DNA from: an uncultured Gammaproteobacteria bacterium
GTDB lineage: Bacteria; Patescibacteriota; Microgenomatia; CAZXEC01
Direction of reading: 5' to 3'
Length of the DNA stretch: 64,000 nucleotides
Assembly: GCA_964639595.1 (NCBI GenBank)
Contig: CAZXEC010000001.1
Span: 254,498 to 318,497 of the forward strand
This document shows positions 10,885-20,172 of this stretch, piece by piece. The notes under the pieces are model-generated. The model was not told where the DNA came from and made no database searches. It saw only the letters and a program-made list of their open reading frames with translations. The stretch's first letter is position 1. Each line of letters opens with the position of its first letter. A program made the position numbers and the translations under genes.

Positions 10885-11757
10885 ATGAAGATATCGGCAG
10901 TTGTAAATACCCTCAACGAAGAAAAAAATATTGCCAGGTGCTTGGAGTCGGTTAAATGGGCGGATGAGATTGTGGTAGTGGATGATGGTTCAACTGACAA
11001 GACGGTGGCAATTGCTCAAAAATACACCGATAAGATTTATCATCATCAAAGTGTCGGCTATGTGGAACCAGCTCGTGTTTTTGCAATGGATAAAGCCAGT
11101 TACGATTGGATTTTTTTAATTGATGCTGACGAGGAGGCGCCGAAAGAGTTGGCTGATATTCTTCAATCCACAGACTATGGTAAAGAAGACATCGCCCATG
11201 TGCAGATTCCCCGCAAAAATTTAATTTTTGGTCAATGGATCAAACATACTGGTTGGTGGCCCGATTATCAGGTGAGATTTTTCCAAAAGGGAACAGTCAT
11301 TTGGCCGAATGCTATTCATTTAAAACCACAAACATTTGGTAGAGAACTAAGACTTGAGGCCAGAGAAGACTTGGCAATAGTCAACCAGAATTATGATACA
11401 GTGTCCCAATTTATTAATCGGATGAATCGCTATACTGACATTGAGGCTCAAGAAAAAATTAATCAAGGGTATAAATTTGTTTGGCCAGATTTAATATTGA
11501 AACCAACAGAGGAATTTATGCGACGTTTTTTTGCCTGGGAAGGATACAAAGATGGATTACACGGATTGGCCTTATCACTGCTACAGGCCTTTTCATTATT
11601 AGTATTTTATATAAAAATTTGGGAAAAGCAAGGATTTAGACAAGAAGATATAGACATCAAACAAATTACTCAAGAGTCAAAACAAATCAACAGCCATTTC
11701 AATTATTGGACTAGACAAGCCTTGGGTAAGAAGAGTTGGTGGAAACGCTTCTTGTGA
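10885..11757 (+). CDS. GT2 glycosyltransferase (WaaE/KdtX-like)
   Basis: ISAVVNTLNEEKNI ... EIVVVDDGSTDKT and FLIDADEE. Paralogous to the genes at 14036 and 40553. Confidence 0.8.
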   Translation: MKISAVVNTLNEEKNIARCLESVKWADEIVVVDDGSTDKTVAIAQKYTDKIYHHQSVGYVEPARVFAMDKASYDWIFLIDADEEAPKELADILQSTDYGKEDIAHVQIPRKNLIFGQWIKHTGWWPDYQVRFFQKGTVIWPNAIHLKPQTFGRELRLEAREDLAIVNQNYDTVSQFINRMNRYTDIEAQEKINQGYKFVWPDLILKPTEEFMRRFFAWEGYKDGLHGLALSLLQAFSLLVFYIKIWEKQGFRQEDIDIKQITQESKQINSHFNYWTRQALGKKSWWKRFL

Positions 11758-12626
11758 AGATTATGTCAAAAGTCTTCGTGATTGTTCTAAATTTTAATTT
11801 AAAAAAAGATATTTTGGATTGCCTGTCTTCTCTGAACAAGTTGTCAGTTGTCAGTTGTCAGTTGTCAGTCGTTGTCGTCGACAATGCTTCTGCCGATGGT
11901 TCGCCACAGGCTATAAAAGAACAATTTCCCAAGGTGGCGCTAATAGAAAACAAGCAAAATTTAGGTTTTTCCGGCGGCAATAATGTGGGCATAAAATATG
12001 CTCTGGAACAGGGGGCAGATTTTGTTTTAATCTTAAATCCTGATACGGTAGTGGATGAGAATTTAGTAGACGAGTTGCAGGCAGCTACCCGGCGACATCA
12101 TAAGGTGGGAATTTTTGGCCCCAAGATTTATTTTTACATTCCCGATATCCAAATTTGGTATGCCGGCGGCCAGCTTGACTGGGATAATATCTTGGCGTCA
12201 CATGTGGGAGTAGACCAAATTGACAAAGGCCAGTTTAGCAAGGAGCAGGCAACTGATTTTGTATCAGGAGCTGCCATGTTTGTCAGACGTGAAGTATTTG
12301 ACAAAGTGGGTTTGTTCGATGAAAGGTATTTTTTGTATTATGAGGACTCGGATTTATGTATCAGAGCTCAACAAGCCGGTTTTGATCTCATTTTTGCCCC
12401 CCGAGCCTTTTTATGGCACAAGAATGCCGCCGCCACCGGCCTTGGTTCACCTTTGCAGGATTATTATATCACCAGAAACAGGTTGCTTTTTGCCCAGAAG
12501 TTTGCCCGTTTTCGGGCTCGTTTTGCTCTGTTTCGCGAAAGCCTAAAATTTTTATTTGGTACGAACTCCACCAAACGCCGAGCAGTGGTTGATTATTATT
12601 TGGGTAGATTTGGCAAAGGCATCTAA
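11736..12626 (+). CDS. GT2 glycosyltransferase (rhamnosyltransferase-like)
   Basis: VVVDNASADGS, GFSGGNN and YYEDSDLCIRA motifs. It contains the (GTTGTCA)x4 repeat. Confidence 0.85.
   Translation: MVETLLVKIMSKVFVIVLNFNLKKDILDCLSSLNKLSVVSCQLSVVVVDNASADGSPQAIKEQFPKVALIENKQNLGFSGGNNVGIKYALEQGADFVLILNPDTVVDENLVDELQAATRRHHKVGIFGPKIYFYIPDIQIWYAGGQLDWDNILASHVGVDQIDKGQFSKEQATDFVSGAAMFVRREVFDKVGLFDERYFLYYEDSDLCIRAQQAGFDLIFAPRAFLWHKNAAATGLGSPLQDYYITRNRLLFAQKFARFRARFALFRESLKFLFGTNSTKRRAVVDYYLGRFGKGI
11840..11867 (+). repeat. Perfect heptanucleotide tandem repeat (GTTGTCA)x4 inside a GT2 coding sequence
   Basis: Directly read: gttgtcagttgtcagttgtcagttgtca, followed by the degenerate gtcgttgtcgtcg. It encodes LSVVSCQLSVVVV. 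Confidence 0.9.
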
Positions 12627-12959
12627 TCTGGTTGACTTTTATGACCGATTGTTTTATAAGGGTAGTGTATGCCAAAAACTGAAAGCGATATTGGTAAAGA
12701 TTCTCAAGAAACAAAACCACGATATTGGGGCGTGACTGTTTGATCGTTAACGTATATGGTTTACACAGAGAATGGTGAGGAAGCCCTTAATTTAACTCTT
12801 CAAACTCTTGGTGTATCCAGAAATGACAATCGAGTTCCGTCTTTTTATCATCCATTGGATAAACAGCTTCAACAAGATTTAACAGGAAAATTTGGCACAG
12901 ATAAACGAGCAGTAAGAACGATTCCTTTTACTTCCGATCCTTGGCCACAAGCGAGTTAG

Positions 12960-14012
12960 CTATTTGGCAGCTCCGGTTAAAGTTTTTATGCCGTCAGCAG
13001 TTACCAATACTTCATCTTCCAGCCTGACTCCGCCCCAACCAGCCAGATAAATACCCGGTTCAACCGTCACTACCATACCTGGCGCGAATTTTTCTTTTGA
13101 GCGAACAGAAATATTGGGCATTTCATGAACCTCCAGGCCAATGCCGTGTCCCAGCGAATGTTTATAAATTTCACTCTCGGAAAATCCTCTATTTTGCAAA
13201 AATTGCCGCACTTTTTGATCAACTGCGGCCACTTTCACCCCGGGTTTTATCAACGTTTTGGCATATTCTTGCGCCTCAAGCACTGCTTGGTAGATAATTT
13301 TTGCCCGCCTGTCTGGGGTGCCGAAAAACATTACCCGTGACATATCAGAGCAAAAGCTCGCTACCGTGCATCCAAAATCCAGCTGGACAAAATCACCTTT
13401 GGTCAGTTTTCTTTTTCCCGGAGGATGATGAGGCGAGGCGGAATTTGACCCGATGGCCACCACCAGTGGCTGCCAAGCCAGACTGCCGGCGCCCAACTCT
13501 TTTAATATTTTTTCTATAACCCAGGCAATCTGCTGTTCGGTCATGCCCAATTTTATCTTCTTTTTTAATTTACTGTAGGCTTTATCGGTTATTTGTTGGG
13601 CTTGCAGGAGCAGTTTTTGCTCCCCGTCATCCTTTTGCTGCCTGATTTCTTCTACTAAATATTTAGAGGCCACCAGCTTGATGTTGTGGTCTTTCAACTG
13701 TTTGACTTGGGCAAACGGTACCAGGTGTGATTCGAAGGCGATTCTTTTGCCTTTGACTCTTTTGGCAAATTGTTGCCACCACTCTTTAAACGAGCTAACC
13801 TCATGCACTTCAAATTCCCCAGCCTGCCTGCTGGCTTGGATAGTATATCTGGAGTCAACTGCCAGGAGTTGTTCGCGACCAGTAACGACCACCCATCCGC
13901 TGGTTCCGGAAAAACCGGTTAAAAACTGACGATTGGGCCAGCTGGCTACCAGTAATCCGTCCAGGTGACGATGTTTGAGCTTTTGTCTTAATCTGACAAT
14001 CCGATCGGCCAT
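12960..14012 (-). CDS. M24-family Xaa-Pro aminopeptidase / prolidase
   Basis: HGIGLEVHE and VVTVEPGIY motifs, with a creatinase-like N-terminal domain. Confidence 0.85.
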   Translation of the reverse strand: MADRIVRLRQKLKHRHLDGLLVASWPNRQFLTGFSGTSGWVVVTGREQLLAVDSRYTIQASRQAGEFEVHEVSSFKEWWQQFAKRVKGKRIAFESHLVPFAQVKQLKDHNIKLVASKYLVEEIRQQKDDGEQKLLLQAQQITDKAYSKLKKKIKLGMTEQQIAWVIEKILKELGAGSLAWQPLVVAIGSNSASPHHPPGKRKLTKGDFVQLDFGCTVASFCSDMSRVMFFGTPDRRAKIIYQAVLEAQEYAKTLIKPGVKVAAVDQKVRQFLQNRGFSESEIYKHSLGHGIGLEVHEMPNISVRSKEKFAPGMVVTVEPGIYLAGWGGVRLEDEVLVTADGIKTLTGAAK

Positions 14013-14035
14013 ATTTGTTGTGCTAATTTACCACT

Positions 14036-14884
14036 TTGGCCCCAATTATGCTACACTCAATGGTAATGTTGAGCGTAATTGTGCTGACCCATAATGAGGC
14101 TAGCTTGATTGATACCTGCCTCAAATCGGTTGTGGGTTTGGCGGACGAGATTGTCGTGGTTGATGATGCGTCCGGCGATAATACAGTCGAGATTGCCAGG
14201 CAATATACCCCTTATGTATATATTGAACCAATGCAGAGTTTTTCCCATCAAAGGAACTTTGGTTTATTAAAAGTGAGTGGTGATTGGGTTTTCTATCTGG
14301 ATGCTGACGAGAGGGTAAGTGCGGGCTTGGCTGATGAAATTAAACACACCATGGCGTCAGACACCCCACGGTTTGGTGCTTGGGCTATTCCCAGAGCCAA
14401 TATTTTGTTGGGGAAACTACAACAATCTGGCTGGTGGCCGGATTATCAAATTAGGCTGTTTTGCAAACAGGCTCTTTTGGAATGGCGGGGCCGGCTGCAT
14501 GAAACTCCCCATTTTGCAGGAAAACTGGGTCATCTCAAAACCCCTCTAATACACCTGTCGCACCGAGATATCTACTCCATGATGCAAAAATCAAAATTAT
14601 TTACTGACCAAGAAGCCAAATTAAGACTGGAAGCTGCGCATCCGACAATTTCTTGGTGGAGACTATTAAGGGTTTGTGCCAGTGAATTTTTACAACAAAT
14701 AAAACTGGGCCGATGGAAAAACGGTACCGAAGGCTGGATTGAGGTTTTGTTCCAAACCTTTAATATGTTTATCATTTATGTTCGACTGTGGGAATTGCAA
14801 CGCGAGGAATCTCTCCCAGATAGATATAAAAACATAGATCAAAAACTTATCAAAGAACAATTTGATTTTTCCATTAAATCATGA
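14036..14884 (+). CDS. GT2 glycosyltransferase (WaaE/KdtX-like)
   Basis: LSVIVLTHNEASLI ... EIVVVDDASGDNT and YLDADER. Confidence 0.8.
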   Translation: MAPIMLHSMVMLSVIVLTHNEASLIDTCLKSVVGLADEIVVVDDASGDNTVEIARQYTPYVYIEPMQSFSHQRNFGLLKVSGDWVFYLDADERVSAGLADEIKHTMASDTPRFGAWAIPRANILLGKLQQSGWWPDYQIRLFCKQALLEWRGRLHETPHFAGKLGHLKTPLIHLSHRDIYSMMQKSKLFTDQEAKLRLEAAHPTISWWRLLRVCASEFLQQIKLGRWKNGTEGWIEVLFQTFNMFIIYVRLWELQREESLPDRYKNIDQKLIKEQFDFSIKS

Positions 14885-15945
14885 AGATTGCCCTGTACAG
14901 CCCTTATCTTGATACTTTTGGTGGTGGAGAACGCTATTTCTGGACAGTTGGGAGCCATTGGGCAAGCAAAGGACACCAAGTCGATGTGTTACTAGATAAA
15001 CATTTACAGACTCTTGACTGTGAAAGTATTAGGCAAACTTCTCAAGACAGATTTGGCCTGGATTTGTCAAACATCAATTTTGTCAAAGCCCCTTTCGGAC
15101 AAGGGGCCAATGATCTGGCTAGAGTTCTTTTTTTATGCCGGTATCAAGCCGTGTTCTATTTATCAGATGGCAGTATTTTTTTCTCGCCAGCTGGCAAAAG
15201 CATTTTGCATTTTCAAGTACCTTTTGGTAAATCACAAGCCACAGATTTTTTTGGTAAAATAAAATTAGCCAGCTGGAAACAGGTAGTAGTTAACTCCAAC
15301 TTTACCAAAAATATAATTGATCTGGTTTGGGGGGTTAAGTCGAAAGTTATTTATCCGCCGGTGACGCAACAATCTCAAATTCACCAGAAAAACAAGATTA
15401 TTTTATCAATTGGCAGGTTTACCAATTTATTAAATAGTAAAAAGCAAGATATATTGGTTGATGTTTTTATCAAAATGTGTCAATCTGGATTTAGTGGTTG
15501 GAAGTTACAAGTGGCTGGCGCCAAGCAAGACGAACATTTCCTGCAAGAATTGAAAAGAAAAAGCCAAGGGTTTCCGGTAGAATTTTTTGTTGATATTAGT
15601 CAACAAGAACTGGTCAGCTTGAAAAACAAGGCAACTATTTTTTGGCATGCTGCCGGTTTTGGTGAAACTTCGCCAGAGAGGCAGGAGCATTTTGGTATTG
15701 CCGTTGCCGAGGCGATGGCCGCCGGATGCATACCTATCGTATATAAAGGTGGAGGAGTGCCGGAAATTATCGACCATGGACAAAACGGATTTTTATGGCA
15801 AGATACTGAAGAATTATCAAATTATACACGAATGATAACAAGTGATCACGCGTTAGCAGAAAAAATATCACAAGCGGCATCTGAAAAGGTAAGAATTTTT
15901 TCTCAAAATAGATTTGAAAGAGAAATTGATGAACTCATTACATAA
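14881..15945 (+). CDS. GT4 (group 1) glycosyltransferase
   Basis: C-terminal EHFGIAVAEAMAAGCIPIV motif. Confidence 0.8.
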   Translation: MKIALYSPYLDTFGGGERYFWTVGSHWASKGHQVDVLLDKHLQTLDCESIRQTSQDRFGLDLSNINFVKAPFGQGANDLARVLFLCRYQAVFYLSDGSIFFSPAGKSILHFQVPFGKSQATDFFGKIKLASWKQVVVNSNFTKNIIDLVWGVKSKVIYPPVTQQSQIHQKNKIILSIGRFTNLLNSKKQDILVDVFIKMCQSGFSGWKLQVAGAKQDEHFLQELKRKSQGFPVEFFVDISQQELVSLKNKATIFWHAAGFGETSPERQEHFGIAVAEAMAAGCIPIVYKGGGVPEIIDHGQNGFLWQDTEELSNYTRMITSDHALAEKISQAASEKVRIFSQNRFEREIDELIT

Positions 15946-17188
15946 AGTTTTGACCAGCTGGTATTTTCCGTTTATTCTAATAGGCATTGCCCTCAAACTG
16001 GCACTTGCCGCCATCACCTCACACACTGATCTTTTCGGCCTATCATTGTCAGCGCATCAATTATCCAATGGCGTGGTTAATATTTATGATTTTATGGCCA
16101 GCCTTAATCCTGATCATCCCATTGCTGCCAATATTGGTACCACCGAAGTGTTTATTTATCCGCCTCTGGCCTACTTTGCATTGGGGGCTTTCATGTTTGT
16201 TCTAAATCCTTTTTATGATCCATCATTTTTTGATACAGCCGCCAGACTAGTGACTGCCGCCGCCGGTGATCCGGGATTGTTTCGGTATCTGTTGCTTTTC
16301 AAATTGCCATATCTGGCCTTTGATCTGGCAATGGCCTGGCTGTTGGTAAAACTTTTAGAGAGCGACAAAGAGAAAAAAATCGGCTTTTTATTTTGGCTCT
16401 TTAATCCGGTTGTTGTGTACGCTACTTATATGATTGGCAGTTTTGATATCATTCCCACTTTTCTGGTGGTGTTGGCAATATATCTGGCACAAAAGCATCA
16501 GGCTTTGGCCACCGTGATGTTAGGCTTGGGAGCAGGCTTTAAGACTTTCCCACTGCTGGTGCTTTTACCAATGGTGGCAGTGATACAGGCGACCTGGAAG
16601 AAGCGCTTAGTCTTAATTTTGGCAGGAATTCTACCTTTTGTGTTTGTGGTTTTACCATATTGGAATTCTTGGGCATTTAAAAATTTTGTCTTATTTAACC
16701 CTAAATCTCAAAAATTCTTGTTTAGTCAGTTGTTGGTTTCTGGAGGAGAGGCCCTTTACCCTTTTGTTGTTGTTTTAGTTTTAATTACCATTTTTGCCGT
16801 TTTAAATCTAGCTGGTAAAACTAAAGAGCTATGGGCAGTAGTTTTGGCGGTTATATTATCGCTGTTATCATTGACCCATTACCATCCGCAATGGTTAGTA
16901 TGGGCTGTGCCATTTTTGACGATCTTGTTTGCCAAACATGATTGGTCCAGAGGACTGGTAGTGACATTATTTATTTGTTGGCTTGTGCAGGTGTTATTGT
17001 TTGACCCAACTTTATCAATCAGGCTTTTTGCGCCTTTGAACCCCGCGTTATTGCAATCACCGGGACTATCTGACATTTTGGCAACTAAATTTGATTTGTT
17101 CCAGCTCAAAAGCCTGGCTCAAAGTGTTTTTGCGGCAGTGTCGTTTTTTATCATCATTAAACTGTTTGGCGACATATCCAAGAGGTAG
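15914..17188 (+). CDS. Polytopic membrane protein, putative GT-C glycosyltransferase (DUF2029/GT87-like)
   Basis: 424 aa, more than 10 TM helices, and a LPYLAFDLAMAWLL-type loop. Confidence 0.45.
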   Translation: MKEKLMNSLHKVLTSWYFPFILIGIALKLALAAITSHTDLFGLSLSAHQLSNGVVNIYDFMASLNPDHPIAANIGTTEVFIYPPLAYFALGAFMFVLNPFYDPSFFDTAARLVTAAAGDPGLFRYLLLFKLPYLAFDLAMAWLLVKLLESDKEKKIGFLFWLFNPVVVYATYMIGSFDIIPTFLVVLAIYLAQKHQALATVMLGLGAGFKTFPLLVLLPMVAVIQATWKKRLVLILAGILPFVFVVLPYWNSWAFKNFVLFNPKSQKFLFSQLLVSGGEALYPFVVVLVLITIFAVLNLAGKTKELWAVVLAVILSLLSLTHYHPQWLVWAVPFLTILFAKHDWSRGLVVTLFICWLVQVLLFDPTLSIRLFAPLNPALLQSPGLSDILATKFDLFQLKSLAQSVFAAVSFFIIIKLFGDISKR

Positions 17189-17191
17189 AAT

Positions 17192-19528
17192 GTGGCAAAA
17201 TTTTGGCCTTGGGCATTGTTTACTGCTTTAATTGTTGTTTTTTTCTATCCATATTTTTTTCAGGGTTTAGTTCCTATTCCTGCTGATATTATCGTGGGAC
17301 TTTATTTCCCCTGGCTCGATTATCACTGGGCAGGCCTTGCGACCCAGACTCCGGTCAAAAACGCTTTAGTATCAGATATTGTGTCAGTACTCTATCCTTT
17401 TAAAATGCTGGGGGTGGATCAACTATTAGGAGGCAGTTTGCCTTTTTGGAACCCATCAATTTTTAACGGCACACCGCTGCTGGCAAATTTCCAATCTGCT
17501 TTTTTTTACCCGTTAACTTTACTCTATTTTGTTTTACCGAAAGTTGATGCCTGGTCGCTCTCTGTAGTAGCCCAGCCATTTTTGGCAATGGTTTTTACCT
17601 TTCTTCTGTTAAGGGCTGTTGGATTGTCGAGAATTTCCTCAAGCCTGGGAGCCATTATCTACTCCTTTGCCGGCTTTAATATTATTTGGCTGGGGTACAA
17701 CGCTCACGGACATACGGCAGCCCTGATACCGCTGATACTGCTGGTCACTTTCAAATTTTTCAATACTTGCAAGTTAAGATGGCTGACGCTTTTATCGTTG
17801 GCAGTCACCTTACAAGTTTTTGCCGGATATCCGCAGCTTGCTATTTATACATTAATTTTATCTTTTGCTTGGTCGGTGTTTCTGATCATATCAAAAAAAT
17901 TATCTGTAGTGAAACTGGCGGCATGGTGCTTTTTTATCCTGGTGGGAATAGTATTGGCATCGGTGCAGATTTTTCCCTCCTTTGAACTTTATCAACTATC
18001 TCAAAGGTCGCAGGAAGGAATTCCCGGCGGCCAGTCTTTGGCGTTTTTACCGTGGCAAAATTTGATTACCTTAATTGCACCTGATTTTTTTGGCAGTCCG
18101 GCCACCGGTAATTTTTGGGGAGTTGGCGATTATACCAACACGGTAGCTTATGTCGGGCTGGTCGGTTTGGTTTTAGTAATTCTTGCCCTACTTCATTCAC
18201 AGAAAAATCCATACGTGAATTTTTGGGTGGTTACAACTGTTGTTATATTACTCTTGTCTCTGCCTACTCCTTTGGCCCAAACTGCCAGAAACCTACCTTT
18301 TGTAGGCGGAGGGGCGGCAGCTACCAGGATGCTGGCACTGTTTAATTTGTCTACTGCTATTCTGGCTGCTTTTGGCATGGAAGTTTTAATTTATAAAAAA
18401 TTAAAACTGCGGCAGATCTTGGCGTCGGTTATCTATCCTTGGGCAGCTCTTGTCGGAATTTTTATAGCCATGGGCTTATCAATTGTGATTGTAGGCTATC
18501 AAGACAAAATAGTCAGCGTCGCTGTCAGAAATATAATTTTACCGACTGTCATGATGATTGTCTTGACTACGATCCTGATTAGTTATCGGCCAAAATGGGC
18601 CAGTTTTTCTGCTTGGTTGATTTTAGTGCTGCTGATCTTTGAATTATTTAGGTTTGGCCAAAAATACACCTCGTTTTCTCAAAAAGTTTTTCTATATCCA
18701 CCAACTCCCATTACCGATTTTTTGAGTAAAAACGCCTCTTTTTCTCGGGTTTATACCGGAGAGGTGATTCCCAAGAATTTGTGGACGCCATATGGTTTGG
18801 AAGCTACCCAAGGATATGATGCCATTTATCCGGAAAGAAATGCCAGATTCTTAGGAGCGATTAATACTAAAAATGCGGCTTCTCCCACCGGACGGTATGG
18901 CGATATAACTAACGTGTTTAGCCCCTTATTTGATTTGGCCGGCAATAAATACCTGTTGGCTCTCAAAAGAAATGCCCAAAGTATCCCTGATGCCAATGGA
19001 ACAGTATTGGAGTTTTATCTTCAGCCGCCTTTTGTGCCGGTTTTTTCCGACGGACGAGTTCAGGTACTGGAGAATACCAAAGCCGCTCCCAGGACTTTTA
19101 TGGTTTATGATTATGTAGTGGGCGCGGGTGACGAGGAAATCATTAACCAGATGCATCAGTTAAATCTGTTGCAAACAGCAGTTTTAGAGAAAGATCCGAT
19201 CACAAAATATAATTCTGGCAGTTTTGAAACTAAAATACTGACAAAAACTCCAGGTAGCATTCGATTATCCGTCAAAACCGACCAAACAGGACTGTTAATT
19301 TTGACTGATTCCTACTATCCTGGATGGAAAGCCTATGTTGATGGCAAGATGAAAGAGATCTGGCGAGCAGATTTTGTTTTTCGGGCAGTAGAAATTCCCC
19401 AAGGCGAACATCCAGTTGAATTTGTCTACCAATCTGATATATTTGCCTGGGGGCTGTTTTCAACTTGTGTAGCAGCCGCCTTTTTGTTATTGACGAGTCT
19501 ATGGTCGATAAAAACCAAAGTATGGTAA
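17192..19528 (+). CDS. YfhO-family membrane protein
   Basis: 778 aa, a multi-TM N-terminal region, and the C-terminal YYPGWKAYVDG ... FRAVEIPQGEHPVEF motif characteristic of YfhO proteins. Confidence 0.65.
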   Translation: MAKFWPWALFTALIVVFFYPYFFQGLVPIPADIIVGLYFPWLDYHWAGLATQTPVKNALVSDIVSVLYPFKMLGVDQLLGGSLPFWNPSIFNGTPLLANFQSAFFYPLTLLYFVLPKVDAWSLSVVAQPFLAMVFTFLLLRAVGLSRISSSLGAIIYSFAGFNIIWLGYNAHGHTAALIPLILLVTFKFFNTCKLRWLTLLSLAVTLQVFAGYPQLAIYTLILSFAWSVFLIISKKLSVVKLAAWCFFILVGIVLASVQIFPSFELYQLSQRSQEGIPGGQSLAFLPWQNLITLIAPDFFGSPATGNFWGVGDYTNTVAYVGLVGLVLVILALLHSQKNPYVNFWVVTTVVILLLSLPTPLAQTARNLPFVGGGAAATRMLALFNLSTAILAAFGMEVLIYKKLKLRQILASVIYPWAALVGIFIAMGLSIVIVGYQDKIVSVAVRNIILPTVMMIVLTTILISYRPKWASFSAWLILVLLIFELFRFGQKYTSFSQKVFLYPPTPITDFLSKNASFSRVYTGEVIPKNLWTPYGLEATQGYDAIYPERNARFLGAINTKNAASPTGRYGDITNVFSPLFDLAGNKYLLALKRNAQSIPDANGTVLEFYLQPPFVPVFSDGRVQVLENTKAAPRTFMVYDYVVGAGDEEIINQMHQLNLLQTAVLEKDPITKYNSGSFETKILTKTPGSIRLSVKTDQTGLLILTDSYYPGWKAYVDGKMKEIWRADFVFRAVEIPQGEHPVEFVYQSDIFAWGLFSTCVAAAFLLLTSLWSIKTKVW

Positions 19529-20169
19529 AATCCACAGCCTATCACCTGCATGAAAATATCCCCCCCGGATATTATCGTCAAGGCATTAGAAGAAACCTTT
19601 TGCAAAAAATTTGGCACACCAACAGATTTGGCGCCGTATCAGATTTTGTCATGCCCACTAGGGGTGAGATTTTAGATATTGGCTGTGCTGACGGTACATT
19701 TTCCCAGGTGATATTGGAAAAAACCGGAGCGGAAAAGCTGGTGGGGATTGATGTCGTTGACCATTTAATAGCAGATGATCAGCAGTATTTTAAAAATAAC
19801 GGGAAAATGGAGTTTTTGGTGGCTGATGCCCACAATTTACCCTTTGCAGATGGCACTTTTGATGCGGTTTTTGCCTTGGAAGTATTGGAACATGTGGAAA
19901 ACCCCAGGCAAGTCTTGTCAGAGGTAAAGAGAGTGTTAAAACCTGATGGCTACATAGTAATTTTAGTGCCCAATGAAACGCTGCTTTTTAAGATTGAATG
20001 GTGGTTATTTAGAACTTTTGGCCCCGCCAAAATTTGGAATGATACTCATATTCAGGAATATAGTAAAAATACACTGTTGAAAATGGTTACCCAAGCCGGA
20101 TTTGCGGTTGTCAGACAAAAAAGATTTAATTTAGGAACATTAGAAATTATCCAAGCCAAGCCATTTTAA
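19465..20169 (+). CDS. Class I SAM-dependent methyltransferase
   Basis: ILDIGCADGTF (motif I) and FALEVLEHVENP. The likely true start is the ATG at 19522, which overlaps the upstream stop (ATGGTAA). Confidence 0.8.
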   Translation: MCSSRLFVIDESMVDKNQSMVKSTAYHLHENIPPGYYRQGIRRNLLQKIWHTNRFGAVSDFVMPTRGEILDIGCADGTFSQVILEKTGAEKLVGIDVVDHLIADDQQYFKNNGKMEFLVADAHNLPFADGTFDAVFALEVLEHVENPRQVLSEVKRVLKPDGYIVILVPNETLLFKIEWWLFRTFGPAKIWNDTHIQEYSKNTLLKMVTQAGFAVVRQKRFNLGTLEIIQAKPF

Positions 20170-20172
20170 AAG

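Noticed and set aside
12627-12959. 330-bp gap between convergent genes, scanned for a tRNA or small RNA
   Set aside because: No cloverleaf-compatible sequence and no conserved ncRNA motif was recognised. The 67-aa ORF at 12756-12959 has no support. It was left unannotated.
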